NCBI GenBank assembly: GCA_040752695.1
Contig: JBFMGO010000087.1
Location: 1-26,355, forward strand
From: a bacterium
Lineage (GTDB): Bacteria > SZUA-182 > DTGQ01
DNA: 26,355 nucleotides
Direction of reading: 5' to 3'
Part shown: positions 24,848 to 26,355 of the stretch, in pieces
Position numbering within the stretch: the first letter of the stretch is position 1
How the letters are laid out: the number at the start of each line of letters is the position of its first letter
Notes under the pieces: model-generated
Seen by the model: the letters and a program-made list of their open reading frames with translations, nothing else
Told to the model about the DNA's origin: nothing
The model's database searches: none
Program-made: the position numbers and the translations under genes

Positions 24848-26223
24848 TGTTTCATATTGCCACTGAGGATGAAATTAAAGCGGGTGCGGTTACTGATGTC
24901 TATTTTCAGCGCACCGAACAGATCTTAAGGCAAAAGGGAATCGATCAGCAGGTTGTGGCCGAAGTTACCATGAAAGATGCGCCCTCGGGTTGGAATTGGG
25001 GCGTTCTGGCCGGTATAGAAGAGGCCGCCCGCTTACTTGAGGGACTGCCCATCGATGTCTGCGCCATGGCTGAAGGAACACTGTTCGGTGTGGAACAGCC
25101 GGTCCTCACTATTGAAGGCAAATATCTGGATTTCCTGAAATATGAAACATCCCTGCTGGGCCTTCTGTGCCAGGCCTCCGGCATTGCGACCAAAGCCTCC
25201 CGGTGCCGTAAGGCCGCCGGGGAGCGAATCTTAGCCAGCTTTGGAGCACGGCGCATGCACCCTGCTATCGCTCCCATGATCGAGCGAAGCGCTTTCATCG
25301 GAGGCTGCAATGGCGTGGCTGTAACCAAGAGTGCTGAACTCATCCACGAAGAACCCGTCGGCACCATGCCCCATTCACTTATTTTGCTGATAGGAGATAC
25401 GGTTGCAGCCAGCAGCGCCTTTCATGAAATCATCGACCCTAAGGTGAACCGTGTGGCCCTCATCGACACCTTCTGCGATGAAAAAGAAGAGGCTATCCGT
25501 GTGGCTCGGCAGCTTGGCCAGAACCTGTTTGCCGTCCGCCTCGATACGCCTTCCTCAAGGCGTGGAAACATGCGCCACATCCTCGAAGAGGTCCGGTGGG
25601 AACTCAACCTGCGGGGCTTTCAGCAGGTAAAATTATTCGTGAGCGGAGGAATCGACGAGTATAAAATTCTGGAACTGAATCCGGTCGCTGATGCCTACGG
25701 AGTGGGAACGTATATCAGCAATGCACCGGTTTCCGATTTTGCTCTCGATATCGTCGAAGTGGCGGGGCAGCCTCTGGCCAAAAGAGGCAAAAAATCAGGG
25801 CGGAAGACCCTTTTGCGATGCCCGCAGTGCTTCCAAACCTACATCAGGGCCGCATCATCATCCGCGCAGGTGACAGCAACAGCACAGGCCACAGCGACAA
25901 CGCAGACGACAGCAACAGCACAAACTACAGCAACAAAAAAAGAGGCAGAAACAACACAGGCAACAGCACAAGCCACTACAACAAAAAAAGCGACAGCAAC
26001 AAAAAAAACAGCAGAAGCAAACACAGCAGCAGAAGCAGCGAATACTCCTCATGCTGCTCCTGCCAGCTCTAGCCGAAACGGCAATTGTTCTTCCTGTGGT
26101 ACGCCGCTTGAGCCCCTCCTGACGCCACTTATCCAGCAGGGAAAAGTGGTCCGGTCACTTCCCTCGCCTCAGGAAATCCGCGCGGTTGTTCTCCAGCAAC
26201 TGTGGAGGGTATCATTAAGCTAA
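24847..26223 (+). CDS. pncB: Nicotinate phosphoribosyltransferase (archaeal-like subgroup) with a Thr/Ala-rich insertion
   Basis: Motifs TDVYF, SFGARR.HP, GTMPHS (phospho-His), LIDTF, VRLDTP, VSGG, YGVGT and KRGK.SG. It overlaps the lon stop by 1 nt. Confidence 0.9.
   Translation: MFHIATEDEIKAGAVTDVYFQRTEQILRQKGIDQQVVAEVTMKDAPSGWNWGVLAGIEEAARLLEGLPIDVCAMAEGTLFGVEQPVLTIEGKYLDFLKYETSLLGLLCQASGIATKASRCRKAAGERILASFGARRMHPAIAPMIERSAFIGGCNGVAVTKSAELIHEEPVGTMPHSLILLIGDTVAASSAFHEIIDPKVNRVALIDTFCDEKEEAIRVARQLGQNLFAVRLDTPSSRRGNMRHILEEVRWELNLRGFQQVKLFVSGGIDEYKILELNPVADAYGVGTYISNAPVSDFALDIVEVAGQPLAKRGKKSGRKTLLRCPQCFQTYIRAASSSAQVTATAQATATTQTTATAQTTATKKEAETTQATAQATTTKKATATKKTAEANTAAEAANTPHAAPASSSRNGNCSSCGTPLEPLLTPLIQQGKVVRSLPSPQEIRAVVLQQLWRVSLS
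25873..26043 (+). repeat. Degenerate in-frame tandem repeat (ACAGCA-based, about 18-nt units) inside pncB
   Basis: acagcaacagcacaggcc / acagcgacaacgcagacg / acagcaacagcacaaact / acagcaacaaaaaaagag ..., encoding TATAQA-TATTQT-TATAQT-TATKKE. Confidence 0.85.
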
Positions 26224-26314
26224 TCGGCTCTCACTTACCCTCAGGTGCTGTCAGCAGAATGTTCCTAAGATGTCCGCAGGATATACCGCCTTCCTCTTCC
26301 TCATCATCCTTCAA

Positions 26315-26346
26315 TCCTTATCCTCATCATTATCATTATCATTATC
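26315..26346. repeat. Hexamer microsatellite TC(A/C)TTA
   Basis: tcctta-tcctca-tcatta-tcatta-tcatta-tc. Confidence 0.7.
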
Positions 26347-26355
26347 CAATCATCT

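Noticed and set aside
25839..26072. Cys-rich (25858-26052), Val/Ala-rich (25839-26024) and Ser/Asn-rich (25818-26072) ORFs resembling a metallothionein or membrane peptide
   Set aside because: These are alternative-frame or antisense readings of the ACAGCA repeat inside pncB.
1..26355. CRISPR array, tRNA, rRNA, intact transposase or integrase
   Set aside because: I saw no regularly spaced repeat-spacer array, no cloverleaf or rRNA-like sequence, and no intact recombinase ORF.

Overview
Bacterial genomic DNA, most likely from a strictly anaerobic Gram-negative organism (Desulfobacterota-like gene content; taxonomy is inference). There are four blocks. (1) 1-2044 is an AT-rich accessory/defence islet with a deleted Rpn/PD-(D/E)XK nuclease pseudogene, a PLD(HKD)-nuclease fusion protein and a RelE-type toxin-antitoxin pair. 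(2) 2232-13176 (minus strand) is an IclR-led one-carbon/Wood-Ljungdahl methyl-branch operon: iclR-cooC/acsF-folE-folD-gcvH-metV-metF-hdrA'-hdrA''-mvhD-metV-metF. It has two MetVF pairs around an atypical HdrA/HdrA/MvhD module and no hdrBC. (3) 13743-19326 (minus strand) is a five-gene redox operon and the most novel part of the window: ferredoxin-NuoE/HydC fusion, HydB/NuoF with bifurcation-type motifs, receiver-domain-NuoG/HydA(N-term) fusion with no catalytic domain, a di-heme-b-type membrane protein and a hexaheme cytochrome c. A DmsB/HydN-type 4x[4Fe-4S] ferredoxin appears split across the first and third genes, as if the NuoEFG module were inserted into it. (4) 20037-26223 (plus strand) is housekeeping: lepB, galU, lon and pncB, the last with an 85-aa Thr/Ala-rich repeat spacer inside its C-terminal CxxC...CxxC motif. 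All calls come from motif reading only; no database searches were run.
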